From Octopus bimaculoides (taxonomy: Eukaryota): 64,000 nucleotides of DNA. The position numbers and the translations under genes were made by a program. Positions within the stretch are counted from its first letter, which is position 1, and each line of letters starts with the position of its first letter. The notes under the pieces were generated by a model. The model saw only the letters and a list, made by a program, of their open reading frames with translations, had not been told where the DNA came from and ran no database searches. Shown here piece after piece: positions 49,575 through 63,496 of the stretch. The stretch is from NCBI RefSeq assembly GCF_001194135.2, contig NC_068998.1:20505917-20569916 (forward strand). Reading direction: 5' to 3'.

Positions 49575-51995
49575 TTAATAATTCTGCTTATCCACCTCTT
49601 TTTATTAGTGCAGATTAATGATAACTTAATCTCAGAAATTCAGATTAAAAAAAAAAAACCTTGTTTTATTTGGTTTCTTCCTATTTCATTCAGGTTGATT
49701 TTTTTCTCTCATCCATCTGAGGTTGATAGTCTGTTGTCCAGCATAATGCCACCACTTGGTCCCTGAGTACCCTTATTAACAATCACTCTGTTGCATTCAG
49801 ACCATGTCTTTGAACTTAGGATATCTTCCTCCCAACAACAATGAAATCACTGAAAAGGGATTTCTACTGACTAAACTGTTAAAAAAAAAAATAACAGCAG
49901 TCTTCAAGAACTGGGGTTGATACAATTGTTTATATACTTGGAGTTGATGCATTGCCCTAGCATGGCCACAGTGCAATGATTGAAAACCAAAAGGAGAGTA
50001 AAAGAATATAAGAAAAATTAAGAATTTAAATTATTATTTTAATCATTTTGCATGTGTTCCATTAGTGTGAGCTGGGTATATTAGAGTACCATTAGTTATA
50101 GGTCAGATGTGGAATACCGTAGACATTTGCAGTTTCCTTTATGGCCCCAAACTGCAGTGTGTGAGAGGAAATTTACATTATATTTCCTATAACATTCCCT
50201 TTCAAAGGGCTGTGAGTTAGCAGAATCAGTTCGTCATATGTAGTTCCATCCCTTTTATATTGTGTTCAAATCATCCCTGGTCTGACTCTGCCTTTCATTT
50301 TTTTGAGGTCAATAATATATGACCTCCTCCTTAAAGTCTGTTAGAAATCATTATTGAATTTATCTTTAATTATTCACAATAAGAGATTCTGTTGTATAAA
50401 TTATTTACAGTATTTATACATTTACTTACATGTGGCAAATATATAATCCCCAATGGATGGGACTCCTGTCACAAGAGTATTCATTTATGCCTGCTGTGTG
50501 AACTGGAGCAACATGAAATGAAGTGCTCTGCTCAAGAGCACAACACTTTGCCTGGTCTAGGAATTGAAACCACAATCTTAGAATCAGGAGTCCTACATTG
50601 TAACCACTAAGCCATGTGCCTCCACTATTAAGGTGAAGATATATATGCTTAACCCTTTAGCATTTAAACCAGCCATATCCAGCCAAAATATTCTATCAGT
50701 TTTATCTTCAAATCAGTCAGATCTGGCCTCTCACACCCACCCTATAATGTCATTTTTTAAATAAATAATCATGTCATCGAAATCTCAAAGCTTACAGAAT
50801 AATGCATGATCAATTCAAACAATGTGAATGAATATAAGCATTAAATTTGATGAAGTATTCTTGGAGTTAGGCAGTTAAGAATTTACCATAGGAGTACATT
50901 TTTCAAGAAGGATAAGTAACTGGTAATTGGTTTTTTTTTTTAATTTTTAATATCAGACAGGAAAGCTAGAATTACTGTATATTAATACTCCTAAGAATGG
51001 CTATACACACTGGAAAAATTCACTGGTTATCTGTTATTTTTTACTTGTTTCAGTCATTGGACTGAATGCTCCATACTGGGGCATCATTGCTTTGAAGGAT
51101 TTAGCTGAATAAATCCACCCCAGTACTTTCTTTAAGTCTAATACTTATTTTATTGTCAGTTTCTTTTGCTGAATTGCTAAGTTATAAAGGTCATAAACAA
51201 ACCAGCACTGATTGTCAAGCAATGGTGGGAACAAATGCAAATACACACACGTGCGTACATATGTATGTGTGATGAGCTTTCACACAGTTTTTGTCTGCCA
51301 AATTTACTGACAAAACATTTGTCAGCCTAACACTATAGTAGAAGACCTTTGCCCAAGGTGCCATGCAGTGAGGATTTAACCCAAAACCACATGGTTGCAA
51401 AATGAGCTTCTTAGTGTTTAGAAAACTAAAAGCATATTTTCACAGCAAAAAAAAAACAAAAAAAAAAAATTTAGAGTAAAATTCTTTATTAGGTTTTATG
51501 AATTTCAAATTCAGTGATCTTCTGAATTACTCAAATGCAGCATTGTATTGTAATGTATAAACAAATGTATTGCATGACTGCCAGGGTACCACGAGTATGA
51601 GTGCATGTCATCAAGTTGTGCAAACTTTAGTATTGTAAGATCTTATTTCAGGTTTATGTTCTCAAGCCAGATCTTGCTGAAGCATCATATATCTTTTTTT
51701 TTCTTTCTTTCAATATAGTAAAATATCTATCAAGTACTGATATCACTTCTGTTGACTACATTCCCACTTCAGAATCTGTGCCAATATTTGCAGTCATAAG
51801 GTAGCAAGCTGGCAGAACCATCAGCATGCCTGGCCAAATGGCACTAAGCATTTCGTATGTCTAAATTCTACCGAAGTCAACTTTGCCTTTCATCCTTTCG
51901 AGGTCAATAAAGTAAGTACCAGTTGAATACTGGGGTTGAACTAATTGACTTACCTCCTTCCCCAAAATTGCTGGTCTTGTACCACAGTTTGAACC

Positions 51996-52037
<42 letters not shown>

Positions 52038-54436
52038 AATGGAAAGTAGCAAATTGGTTCTCATTAGCAAGTAAGACAAAATGCCTTGTTATATTTATTT
52101 TACTTCATTAATGTTCCAAGTCAAAATCCCACCACAGTCAACTTTACCTTTCATCATTCTAGGATTGATAATTTCTGGCCTTGTGCCTATGTAAGTAAAG
52201 TGGGTGACAGATCGGCAAAGTTTTTAAAGCATCAAACAAATATACCTTGTGGTATTTTAGTTATGGTTGTTTATGTTCTGAGTTCAAATCCTAGCAAGGT
52301 CAACTCTACTTTTCATCTTTACAGGATTAATAAAACAAATTACCAGCCCAATACTAGTGTCAACACTGTGTAGTATGATCTTTGTCCTTGGGTAGCAACT
52401 GTTATTTCCTGTTTGCTTACCCTTACAAAGTATGAAAAATGGCTAATATTTCATTCAAACTTGACTTTTGCCCACTTGTTACCATTTGGACAGCTAGAAA
52501 TAAACTAGACCGTTGAGCTTACGAGCCTTGTATTTATACTGCCATCTATGTTGCCAGAATTTTCTAGAAATCCTAAAACTTTTAGAAGTTTCTAGAAAAT
52601 TCTGCTTCAGCAACTCTGCACTGAGATTGCTTGAAAGGTAATGGAAAATAGGTCAGTTTCAAAACATTGAAGTCCAGGTCAATAAAAGCAAAATTTGAAG
52701 AGAATAGTAGTCATTTCCTTTGTTTTCTAAATAGAAACAAATAGGAAATAACATTTACTGACCAAAGACAAAAAGATTAAAAAAAAAATTTTGTTACACA
52801 GTGTAATTCTTCTCCCCAAAATTTGTGGCCTTGTGCCACTATATTAAAAGATTATTAAGGTTGTGGATTGGCCAGATTATTAAAGCATTAGATAAAACAC
52901 CTTGCAGTATTTATACCAGTTTACATTCTGAGTACACAACCTCATCAGGTCAACTTTGCCTTTCTGCCTTTCAAAATCGTTAAAGTAATCATGTTTATGT
53001 ATAAAAAAAAAAGAAAAGAAAAAGAAAAAAAAGAAATTTTGTATATCTCAATTCATTTAAATATCATCTTCACTTCATTAATAAAGTACTCTAGTAATAT
53101 ACTAATAGAGTAACACAATATTTTTGTAGTAAAGGTGTTTTTATTTTGAGTTTGCTACTTTGTGTTTTTTTTTTGTGAGGGGGGGGGGTTTCTCATTTAA
53201 AATAAAATACCATTTAGTGTGTTTGTATTCTTATAAGGTGATATTTTTCTAATAGGTCTACAGTGGTGTGAGTACTTGCACCGTACCATTGCTTGTGGTA
53301 TATGAGATACTTAGAAGATGCCACTGTCTATGTAAGAGTACCAGTGATGTACTATTTACCTACAATATTAAAGTATTTGGTTTGCTAAGCATTGCTTTCT
53401 TGTATCAGTAGTTTATCAGATAAAAGAATGGATTGGCTTTAACCCTTTAGTGTTCAGGTTAATTTGTCAAAAGTAATCCTTATTTATTCACATTTCAAAA
53501 AATTTATCTGATATTATTTTGTAGCTTCAAGATAGGAAAGATGTAATTGCTTAATTTTAGAATGACATTGAAGGGTAGGTGTGAGATGCTGGTTCTGGCC
53601 AGTTTGAGCGTAAAATGTGTTGAATATTTGGGCCGGATACAGCCGGTTTAAACACTAAAGGGTTAAGTTAACATTTTTGTACCTTAGTTAAGAATGTCGG
53701 TCAACATGTATCTAATACCCTATATTTTGTTTTTTGGCCTTACCTCTCTCTCTATCACTCATACAAACAAATAGTACTCTTTGTATTACAATCACTATTC
53801 CTGAGTACATATAAAAAAATTTTTTTAATGTAATTAAAATTTGGTGAAAAGTTACATTGATGACGAGAGAACCCATCACTCTTTTGAAGCCTCCTTCCTT
53901 GCCAGGTGATAGATTCATCATTATCTTTATTTGGGAAGTTGCTGGGAATGAGTATACATTTACCAAATATTTTCTTAGGGGTACTGAGGTGGGGGTGGGT
54001 TAGGGTCTCGTTTTCTTGTTTATTTTTCTTTTGATTTAAATAAAAAAAATTTGTTGGTCTTTTTGCTTCAGTCACTTTTTTTTTGTATTTTCATTTTCAC
54101 ATTATTTATGTTTTTTAATTTTTTTTCTTTTTTCTTTTTGTTTCTTTCTCATGAAACTGTTTTTTGAGTGTTGCTGTAAATTGCTGTGAATAATTCTGTT
54201 GATATTATTTAAAGGGGGTAAAAAAAAAAAAAAGGGCAAAAACCAGAAACCCTTTTAGGTACAGTTCATCGTTGAGAGCAACGAGAACAACATAGTTCAC
54301 ACGTGTTTTTCATTAGGTTGCAGTGGTGCATTTTGTAAGTTGAAAGAGTTCGAATCTTCCCATGGACCTAGAGAAGACAACAGAGAAACAATTCTACGTA
54401 TTCTTCTTCTTTAGTGCATTACTTACTACACAATGG

Positions 54437-54779
54437 TGGAGGCGCAATGGTCCAGTGGTTAGGGCAGCGGACTCGCGGTCATAGGATCACGGTTTCGATT
54501 CCCAGACCGGGCGTTGTGAGTGTTTATTGAGCGAAAACACCTAAAGCTCCACGAGGCTCCGGCAGGGGATGGTGGCGAACCCTGCTGTACTCTTTCACCA
54601 CAACTTTCTCTCACTCTTACTTCCTGTTTCTGTTGTGCCTGTAATTCAAAGGGTCAGCCTTGTCACACTGTGTCATGCTGAATATTCCCGAGAATTACGT
54701 TAAGGGTACACGTGTCTGTGGAGTGCTCAGCCACTTGCACGTTAATTTCACGAGCAGGCTGTTCCGTTGATCAGATCAA
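54437..54779 (+). mobile_element. tRNA(Arg)-like SINE family E, 3' end in gap. Fragments at 4500-4610, 11570-11752 and 57005-57290 (-)
   Basis: TGGTCCAGTGGTTAGGGC A box, CTCGC anticodon-like loop and GGTTTCGATTCCC B box, followed by a non-tRNA body. Confidence 0.85.
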
Positions 54780-55561
54780 NNNNNNNNNNNNNNNNNNNNN
54801 NNNNNNNNNNNNNNNNNNNNNNNNNNNNNNNNNNNNNNNNNNNNNNNNNNNNNNNTTTCTTTCTTTCTTATGCTTAATTTTTATATGAATTTTATATTTT
54901 GTTTAATATTTTGCTTTCCCTACCACATCTGAAAATAGAAATCTCTTCAATTTAAAAAAAATTGAATAAGCACACATAAAAGAAATCAAGTTAAGGAAAA
55001 TTGATATACAGTTATATTTTTAATCTAATATATATATGTATATATAAAAGTTACTAAAAAAGTAAACATCATGATAGATTTTTTTTTTTGTTTTTTTTTG
55101 GTCATACTTTCCTTTCTTTCTCTCACTTCCATAATTGCAAATATAAAAAAAAAAAAACCCTCAATTCTTTGGCCCTGCTCATGACAGCCACAAATTCTAC
55201 CATTCTGTATAGAGAGACTATCATTTAGTACACAATTTTACAATGTACATAGTAAAATATATGGAGTTTTTTGTTTGTTGTTTTTCCTCCCTTGTAAAAT
55301 GAGTCATTTGCTTGAGAAAACACTCAGTAATATTTTTTTCGTCCTTAAAGACTACCCATTGTTTGAATTACATTAAACTATATATACAAATCTTGAGTTG
55401 GTGTTTCATTATTTATTGTAATACAGGTACAACACTGGACTCTCCAGACCCTGAATCTTTTATAATCCATCCTAATTTACGAGCAAGAGATTCAAATTCT
55501 TGCTGTCACAAGACTAGTTTACTGGTACCTTACACAGTCCAGTATTAATAAACTTTTACCA

Positions 55562-55709
55562 TTACACTCTCTGAGTGGTTGGCGTTAGGAAGGGCATCCA
55601 GCTGTAGAAACTCTGCCAAATCAGACTGGAGCCTGGTGTTGCCATCCGGTTTCACCAGTCCTCAGTCAAATCGTCCAACCCATGCTAGCATGGAAAGCGG
55701 ACGTTAAAC

Positions 55710-55740
<31 letters not shown>
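55562..55740 (+). mobile_element. RTE-tail repeat (family G). Near-identical copies at 58972-59130 (+) and 26938-27115 (-); older copies at 1448-1740, 22065-22203, 40878-41082 and 45470-45622
   Basis: GAGTGGTTGGCGTTAGGAAGGGCATCCAGCTGTAGAAA...CATGCTAGCATGGAA.GCGGACGTTAAA(GAT)n, the same motif as the 3' UTR of the RTE at 42450-43152. Confidence 0.85.
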
Positions 55741-55742
<2 letters not shown>

Positions 55743-58700
55743 TGTGCAGCAGGTACCTGTATTTCATTTAATTATATAGATAAATTTAATATTTGTTTAA
55801 TTTAGAGTGGCAAGCTGGCAAAATGATTAGCAACATTTCATCCATCTCATTCCGAGTTCAAATTGTACTGAGGTTGGCTTTGTCTTTCATCTTTTTGGTG
55901 TCAATAAAACAAGGTACCAGTTGACCACTGGGGTCAATGTAATCGATTTACACCCACCCTCGAAGTTGCTGGCCTTGTGCAAAATTTGAAGACAATATTT
56001 GTTTAATTTAGCATGTGTTGACTGAGGTGACCACCTTTGGCTCAGTAGGGTAGCAATCTGACAAAAATCATTAAAACGCTGAGCAAATTGCTTAGTAACA
56101 TTTCGTCCATCTTTACATTCTGAGTTCAAATTCCGCCAAGGTTGACTTTGCTTTTCATCCCTTTCTGGGTCGATGTAATTGACTCACCCTATCTCTCAAA
56201 ATTGCTGGCCTTGTGCCAAAATTTGAAACCAGTATGATTTTAGAGTGTGTCGACAAAAGGTGACCACTCTTGGTTCAGGTTAAAAAAAATAATCTGGAAA
56301 GGTTTTGGAATTCAATGTTGTACCTGAATATGTAATTATTGTTTCCTGTCTTCCTTTATTTATTTAGATGATACAGTAATCCTTTAGCATTCTGACTATT
56401 CTGTTAAATGTAATACTTATTTTCTCTTACTTGTTTCAGTCACTAGACTGGCTATACTGGGGGCACTGCTTTGAATTTTTAGTTAAATGAATCAACCCCT
56501 GTAGTTTTTTTTCTTTTTATAAGAAGTTGTACTTATTTTATAGGTCTCTTTTGCTGAACTGCTAATATACAGGGGACACCAACACTGGTTGTCAAGTGGG
56601 GACAAACAGATACCTATAGAATGGGCTTCTTTCAGTTTTCATCAATCAGAAGGCTTTGGTCAGAAGAAGACACTTGCCCAAGGTGCCATGCAGTAGGATT
56701 GATCCTGGAACCATGTGGTTGGGAAGAAAACTTCTTGCCACACCTATTCATATTGTTTTGAATTAATCGTGCATTATCACATACCTCTGAGATTTGAGTG
56801 ATGTGATTGTATATGCTTAACATTGTAGGGTAGGTGTGAGAAACCAGATCTGGCCAGTTTGAACATAAAACAGGTAAAATATTTGGGCTGAATTAAATGC
56901 TAAAGGGTCAAATGTACAAGAGTTTCTATAATTTTTGCAGGTCCTTCCAGAGAGGTGCATTTGGTATGGCTAATTACTGGTACTCCAGTTATAACAATGA
57001 TCATTTCAGTTGATCTGATCAATGGAACAGTTTCCTCGTGAAATTAATGTGCAAGTGGCTGAGCGCTCCACAAACATATGTACCCCTAATGTAGTTCTCA
57101 GAGATTCAGCATGACGAGGTTGACCCTTTGAAATACAGGTACAACTCATTTTTGCCAGCTGACTGGCTTGCAGCAGCATGAAATAAAGTGTCTTGCTTAA
57201 TGACACAATGCGCTGCTGGTAATTGATCTTATGACCTTATGATTGCCAGCCGAGAACCCAAACCATTAAGCCATGCACCTTCACAACATGGCTAATACCC
57301 AAGTTAGAATATGTGGAATGTCTGCAAGACAATGTAAGGTGGGAAAAGGCAGTCAGGTATTAATGTTTATACTAAAAGTTATCCTAGAACAAAATCCTGT
57401 ATGTTGAACCTACCACCCTGAAACTATGGGCTGCTCATTAATTGTAGATAAATTTCTACTTATTGTTGGACATCACTATAATGTGTGTATAGTACCTAAA
57501 ATAAGAAATGGATGCATGAAATTCAAGGTTCTGTTATTCCTGATGGCAGCATAGGATGTATTTCTGTATGAAAAGTAAATTATATAAACTAAACATAAAA
57601 TTACGTGATAGTGAAGTAAGGTTGAGTATAGACTAGAGATTAATCAGCACAGAAAGGAGAATGGAGTCTAGTATGATATATTGTACAAGTAATAGGTGAT
57701 GTTTGCAAGGGAGACAATTGTGAGCATAGATATTCAAATCTATTACAACTCTGTTATGCAGGCATTTATATACACGTTACTGAGACTAAGTAGTTGATTT
57801 CACTGATTTCAGCATTCTACTTGTGAACACCTCTCTCTCTCTCTCTCTCTAATACAAATGATATATGAGCATATGCATGTCTACATACATATATGTACAT
57901 ACCTACATCTACATGCATATATAGATGCATATCCGGGTACAGGACGTCAAAAAAGGAACAGAAACATAAAGCACAAAAAACGGACTTTTTTACAGACAAC
58001 AGAACGAACACATAGGAAAACAGACGAGCCACTTATGGAACTTTTCCTTCAGCTGCCTCTACTCTAAACTATTTATTTTCATGTTCAATTATAATAAAAA
58101 CAATTTTAAATTAATATGATGGGTTATTCTTTACTGTGGATGACCTGAAGATTTATACTACAATAACATTTTTGACTGACATAGAAATGGATTATTGAAT
58201 GATCGAAAACCTGTGCATCAACAGTCCCACTATCTTTCCTGTTCCACCAAAGAATGCTACTAATGCCTAGGCATTGATGAAAAAATATACGGTGTTCTGA
58301 AGAAAGATAGAGTGAACCAAGAAAATTATATCACATTTAGAAAAATATGGCAGTCAGAACTCACCTATTACAAGACAATATCCGACGATGCATTTGCAAT
58401 ACCAATGCTGATTTGTAGAGGAAATCTGTTCCATAGACATTAGAATACAAGTTTATTATTCTTAAACAAGAATGTTATTGATAGTGACTTCGATGTTTTG
58501 GCCAACAAAGCCATCATTGAACTTTGATGCAATGAAGTTAGTCTTGGTTTTATGTAGTCTCTGTTGAGTTTACATCTTCCTTGGATACCGTAGGTACTGT
58601 AAGTTTTAGAGGTAATACTTGATAAGTGTAAGCACCTGTATATGCCAGATAGTGGCAAAGGTGAAAGAATATATTAAACGTAAATTGAAAACAGAACACA

Positions 58701-60273
58701 AAGGATATCGCAGTACACGTGTTTCAAGCTTTATACACAATCTGTCATTACATCAGTATATATTGTTGATATAAAGGATGGTTTAAAGCTATCTTCAGCC
58801 GCAAACATTTTCATATCCTTGGATATGTAAGTTTGAGTGAAGTGGTGATTAGACTGTAGGGTGGGTTATGATGGAGGTGTTTTGGGGAAGATTTTATTAA
58901 TTAAATTTGGTGTTATGTTGTTGTTGAGAATTTTGGACATGAAACTTAGCTTGCGAAGACTTATTGGGGCACTACACTCTGAGTGGTTGGCGTTAGGAAG
59001 GGCATCCAGCTGTAGAAACACTGCCAAATCAGATTGGAGCCTGGTGTTGCCATCCGGTTTCACCAGTCCTCAGTCAAATCGTCCAACCCATGCTAGCATG
59101 GAAGGCGGACGTTAAACTATGATGATGATGTAAGAAGAATTTTGCAAGCAGGTGTGTATTTACCATTCCACTCAAGTAAGATTTTAACTCAACAGAGATT
59201 AAATAAAACCAAGATTAACTTCAGTTCATTGCAATCCGACGATGCCTTAACTGGCTGAAACTTTGAACTTACTGTCAATAACATTCTTATTTAAGAATAA
59301 TAAATAAATATACATGTATATATTTGTGTGTATATATATATATTTTCATGTATGTTATCATTTAACATCTGTTTTCTATGCTGGCATGGGTTAGACCTAT
59401 ACATGCATTTATTTGTTATAGATGAGTGTTATGTGTGTGAGTGTACACAAACTTGCAAACTGGTGGAAGTATTAATGTCTGATGATAAAATGCCTAAAAG
59501 TATTTGTTCTGGTTCTCTGCACTCTGAGTTCAAATCCCACCGTATTCAACATTACCTTTCATCTCTCCAGGGTTGAGAAATAATATATCTGTCACAACTA
59601 CTTTCTCTCTGAGTAAAGATGGTTGTAGTTAGAGACAGAGTGGTAAGGGCTCTGCCAGAATACGAAAGACATGTTGTATGTACTTTGGTAAGTGCTTTGG
59701 CATGAAACTCTCAACCCTTGAGTCACTGATGTAGCCTCTTGACTATAATTAAATAACTACACGCACCCATATAAAATCACCATTATTATCTGTTAACACT
59801 TTCGTTTAAGTATTTCTTTTGAGATGCTCTGTGTTTCTTTCAATTGATTTTAAATATAACAAAGAATTTAGTAAAATAACTTGGTTATCATTAAGCTAGT
59901 GTTAGGAACATAAATTGTGACTAAGGTTTGGTGGAAGATTTTAATTCAAAACTAATGAAAACAAGGCTTTTGTACTACAGAGCCAGAGGCGGTTTCAGTC
60001 GGATTGGTATCGAAAAGGTTAATGTCCATTTGCCATTCTAGCATGAGTTGGACGATTTGACAGAATCTAATGGCTCAGATGAATGTACCATGCTCCAATG
60101 CCTGCTTTGGTATGGTTTCTACGGTCAGACACAATAATACTAACCATTTCCCAGAATGTCGTGGGTTTATTATTTTTTTTTTTCCAGTATCTGTATTAGT
60201 GCAAGTGAGGTTGCCATGTCACTTGCAAGATTAATAGGGCTACATTAGAGAGATTAGCAGCTTTATGTTAAGT

Positions 60274-60531
60274 CAGTGGTTCTCAACCAGGGTCCATAGA
60301 AGATTTTGTTATTAAAATTTATCTACAATAAATTGGTTATGTACTTCTGCATACTCTTTTACTTGTGTGGTTGTGGCCATGGTGGAGCACCGCCTTTTTG
60401 GTCGAGCAAATCGACCCCAGGACTTATTCTATCGGTCTTTTTTGCCGAATCGCTAAGTTACGGGGACGTAAACACACCAGCATCGGTTGTCAAGTGATGT
60501 TGGGGAGACAGACACACAAACATATACACAC

Positions 60532-60574
<43 letters not shown>

Positions 60575-61093
60575 AAAAAAACACAAAAAACAATAACAAA
60601 AAAGTGAGGACGTGATACGGATAGTGTTATTGGACGCTCGGGAAAGGAAAGAGAGAGAGTATCACATTTCGGGCGGAGCTCTTCGACGGAAAGTTCAAAG
60701 AATGGAAAAAACGGAGGAAGAGAAAAATGGCACCGATGCCCACGAGGTTACATTGTGGTTACATACATATATACGACGGGCTTCTTTCAGTTTCCGTCTA
60801 CCAAATCCACTCACAAGGCTTTGGTCGGCTTGAGGCTATAGTAGAAGACACTTGCCCAAGGTGCCACGCTGTGGGAATGAACCCGGAACCATGTGGTTGG
60901 TAAGCAAGCTACTTACCACACAGCCACTCCAGCGCCTACACAAAATATTAAAATTTTTTTTATACAATATCTAATAATATTTAACCATAAAATATATAAT
61001 AGGATTTTTAAACATCAAATGTCTAAGAGGGTCTATCCAAATAAAATAGGGATCAAAAGGGGTCCACAGGTAAAAAATTGTTGAGAAACACTG
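60274..61093. mobile_element. hAT (Charlie-like) MITE containing SINE A (60354-60936, -), which itself contains a foreign insert (about 60572-60760)
   Basis: TIRs CAGTGGTTCTCAAC / GTTGAGAAACACTG (13/14) and 8-bp TSD TGTTAAGT / TGCTAAGT. Confidence 0.85.
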
Positions 61094-61854
61094 TGCTAAG
61101 TGATGAAAGATTAAAGCATGAAACAAATGGATAGAACTAGTTTCTTGCTGTAGAGGAGATACCTAGCATCTCATATACTAAATGATGGTGATGAGGTGTC
61201 ATGGTGGGCCCAGGGCAGAAGAAGAATAAGAAAGATGGATTGACAGAGGTTGCAAGAGTGTATGGGGAGAGCAAAGGGGTACAGATGGGGTAAGAGTGAA
61301 CAAGGAGAAATATACTGAATAGTGAACAGGCCTACTTCTCTCTGAAACATCTTTCTAGGCCATATTTTCTCTGTCTTCTAATCTATAACATTTTAGAAAC
61401 TGAATATTAATCAAGCTAATGTCATAGTGTTACATCTAACAACGCCTCTTATTAACATATCTTCAGTTGGTGTTCTAATGTCAGAATACAGTGCAGTGCC
61501 ATTGATATATTAACCCATGACCCTTCTGTATCTTTAATATACAGAATTTTCTTAATATAAATTCATGTCAGCATGAACAAGCTAACAACAGCAATGACAA
61601 TAGAAGTGTCAAATAAAATCTAAAGGTCTTTTGTCAATATCATTTGCATTCTGAAACAAAGTACATTTATTTCAGTGAATCTGCTTGGAAATCTTAGATA
61701 TAAATGTCTAAGTTTACAGTCCTGCCAAAGTCAAAATCCATAGAGCCAATGAAGCTGCCTCTACATAGTTGCTCAACTTGCTAAAAGTAGCAGCCAAGCC
61801 TTCAAATTGCATCCTAATTGGATAATATAGAGATACTTAACAAAAAAATATATA

Positions 61855-62233
61855 GGCGCAGGAGTGGCTGTGTGTTAAGTAGCTTGCCTACCAACCACAT
61901 GGTTCCGGGTTCAGTCCCACTGCGTGGCATCTTGGGCAAGTGTCTTCTACTATAGCCTTGGGCAGACTAAAGCCTTATGAGTGGATTTGGTAGACGGAAA
62001 CTAAAAGAAGCCCGTCGTATATATGTATATATATGTGTGTGTGTGTGTGTGTCCCTAGCATTGCTTGACAACCGATGCTGGTGTGTTTATGTCCCTGTCA
62101 CTTAGCGGTTCGGCAAAAGTGACCGATAAAATAAGTACTAGGCTTCCAAAGAATAAGTCCTGGGGTCGATTTGCTCGACTAAAGGCGGTGCTCCAGCATG
62201 GCCACAGTCAAATGACTGAAACAAGTAAAAGAG
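61855..62233 (+). mobile_element. SINE family A, full length
   Basis: Complete head, body and tail. Confidence 0.9.
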
Positions 62234-63496
62234 TAAATAAAACTGATGGAGTCTCATCTGGAATTAACTCTAATAAAAGGTTTGCTAGATCAGTATTGAT
62301 TTAAGGCTAAAATAATGATCATATGAAGTCACTAGAAATAACAGTCAAATCTACCTCAAATCACACCCAACTATCATTATCATGATGATGATCATCTTCA
62401 TCATTTAACGCCCATTTTCCAAACTGGCATGGGTTGGATGGTTTGACTGGAGCTGGTAAAGCTGGGGATCACACCAGGTTCCATTGTGTTTAAAATTAGT
62501 GGGGCACATTGTGTTAAGTAACCCTAAAAAACCTGTATCTGGATACAAATAAGGGGTGGTCATAGTTGAAACATTTTTTATCTAAAAAGAGACAACCATA
62601 AAGATATATGATGTTTAACCCTGAGTCTGCTGAGATCAAATAAATAGATCTATAATTGAAGATATTCCAGCCTTGACCATCTCCTCACTTTTGTATACCC
62701 AAGACCACTGGCCAAGGGACAAAATTTGCTTGGGGATGCAAACCCAGGTCCAAAATATTTTACAAACAAGGACTTTTTAAAAAAATTTTGTTCATTGATC
62801 TTTGAGAAGAAACTTAACTTCTAGCTACATTTTACAGATCACTTTTTACACAGTTTCTAAACCAGACAAAAATATGTAGGGATGCAAATTTTGATTTTGC
62901 ACCTCCAAAATATTTTAGGTGGTGTGCTCGCACTCCCTACCTCCACTGTTACTGGGCCCATGCCCAAAACGCCATCATTCAATGTGTCCTCCATTTTGTA
63001 AGGGTAATGTGTAATTTGAGATATTTAGCTGCTATTTCTAGCAGGTTGCCAGTGGCTAAATATATTGATGGCAACTGAATAACAACATTGAAGTATCCAT
63101 CAATGGGTAGTGGTAATAACCGATTTTAGTGATGGAAGTGTACGTTGTCCTCTTCAGAACAGAGCTAATATTAAATAACAACAGACTGATTAAGTTAAAA
63201 TGGAGGAAAAACTCATCAAAAACAAACAATAAACAATTCTTATCTTTTTTTTAATTAATTAAAAGTCACCTAACCCTTTGTCTTCATTTGAAATTGTTGA
63301 TGAGAATTAGACATGTAGTAGCATAAATAGGAAAATTTACATATGATTATATAAGATAAAGGTTTGCAAAAATGAAAATATAAATTTGCATTGTAGTTTT
63401 ATTATATTTGAACATGTGAAAGCAAAAGGACTTACTGGAAAGGAAATTTGAAAATGAAATCTGGAAGAATTCAGAATTTTTATGGTGACTCCATAT

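Noticed and set aside
53256-54334. Two micro-exon-like AG...GT patterns (53256-67 and 54317-34)
   Set aside because: They lie downstream of the stop codon, and such motifs are frequent by chance in U-rich DNA.
54437-54510. tRNA genes at SINE heads (also near 2913, 5026, 40660 and 61855)
   Set aside because: No complete cloverleaf; each continues into a repeated SINE body.
57930-58075. CTGAAGG motif on the - strand resembling a hammerhead core
   Set aside because: No downstream GAAA box or helix II.
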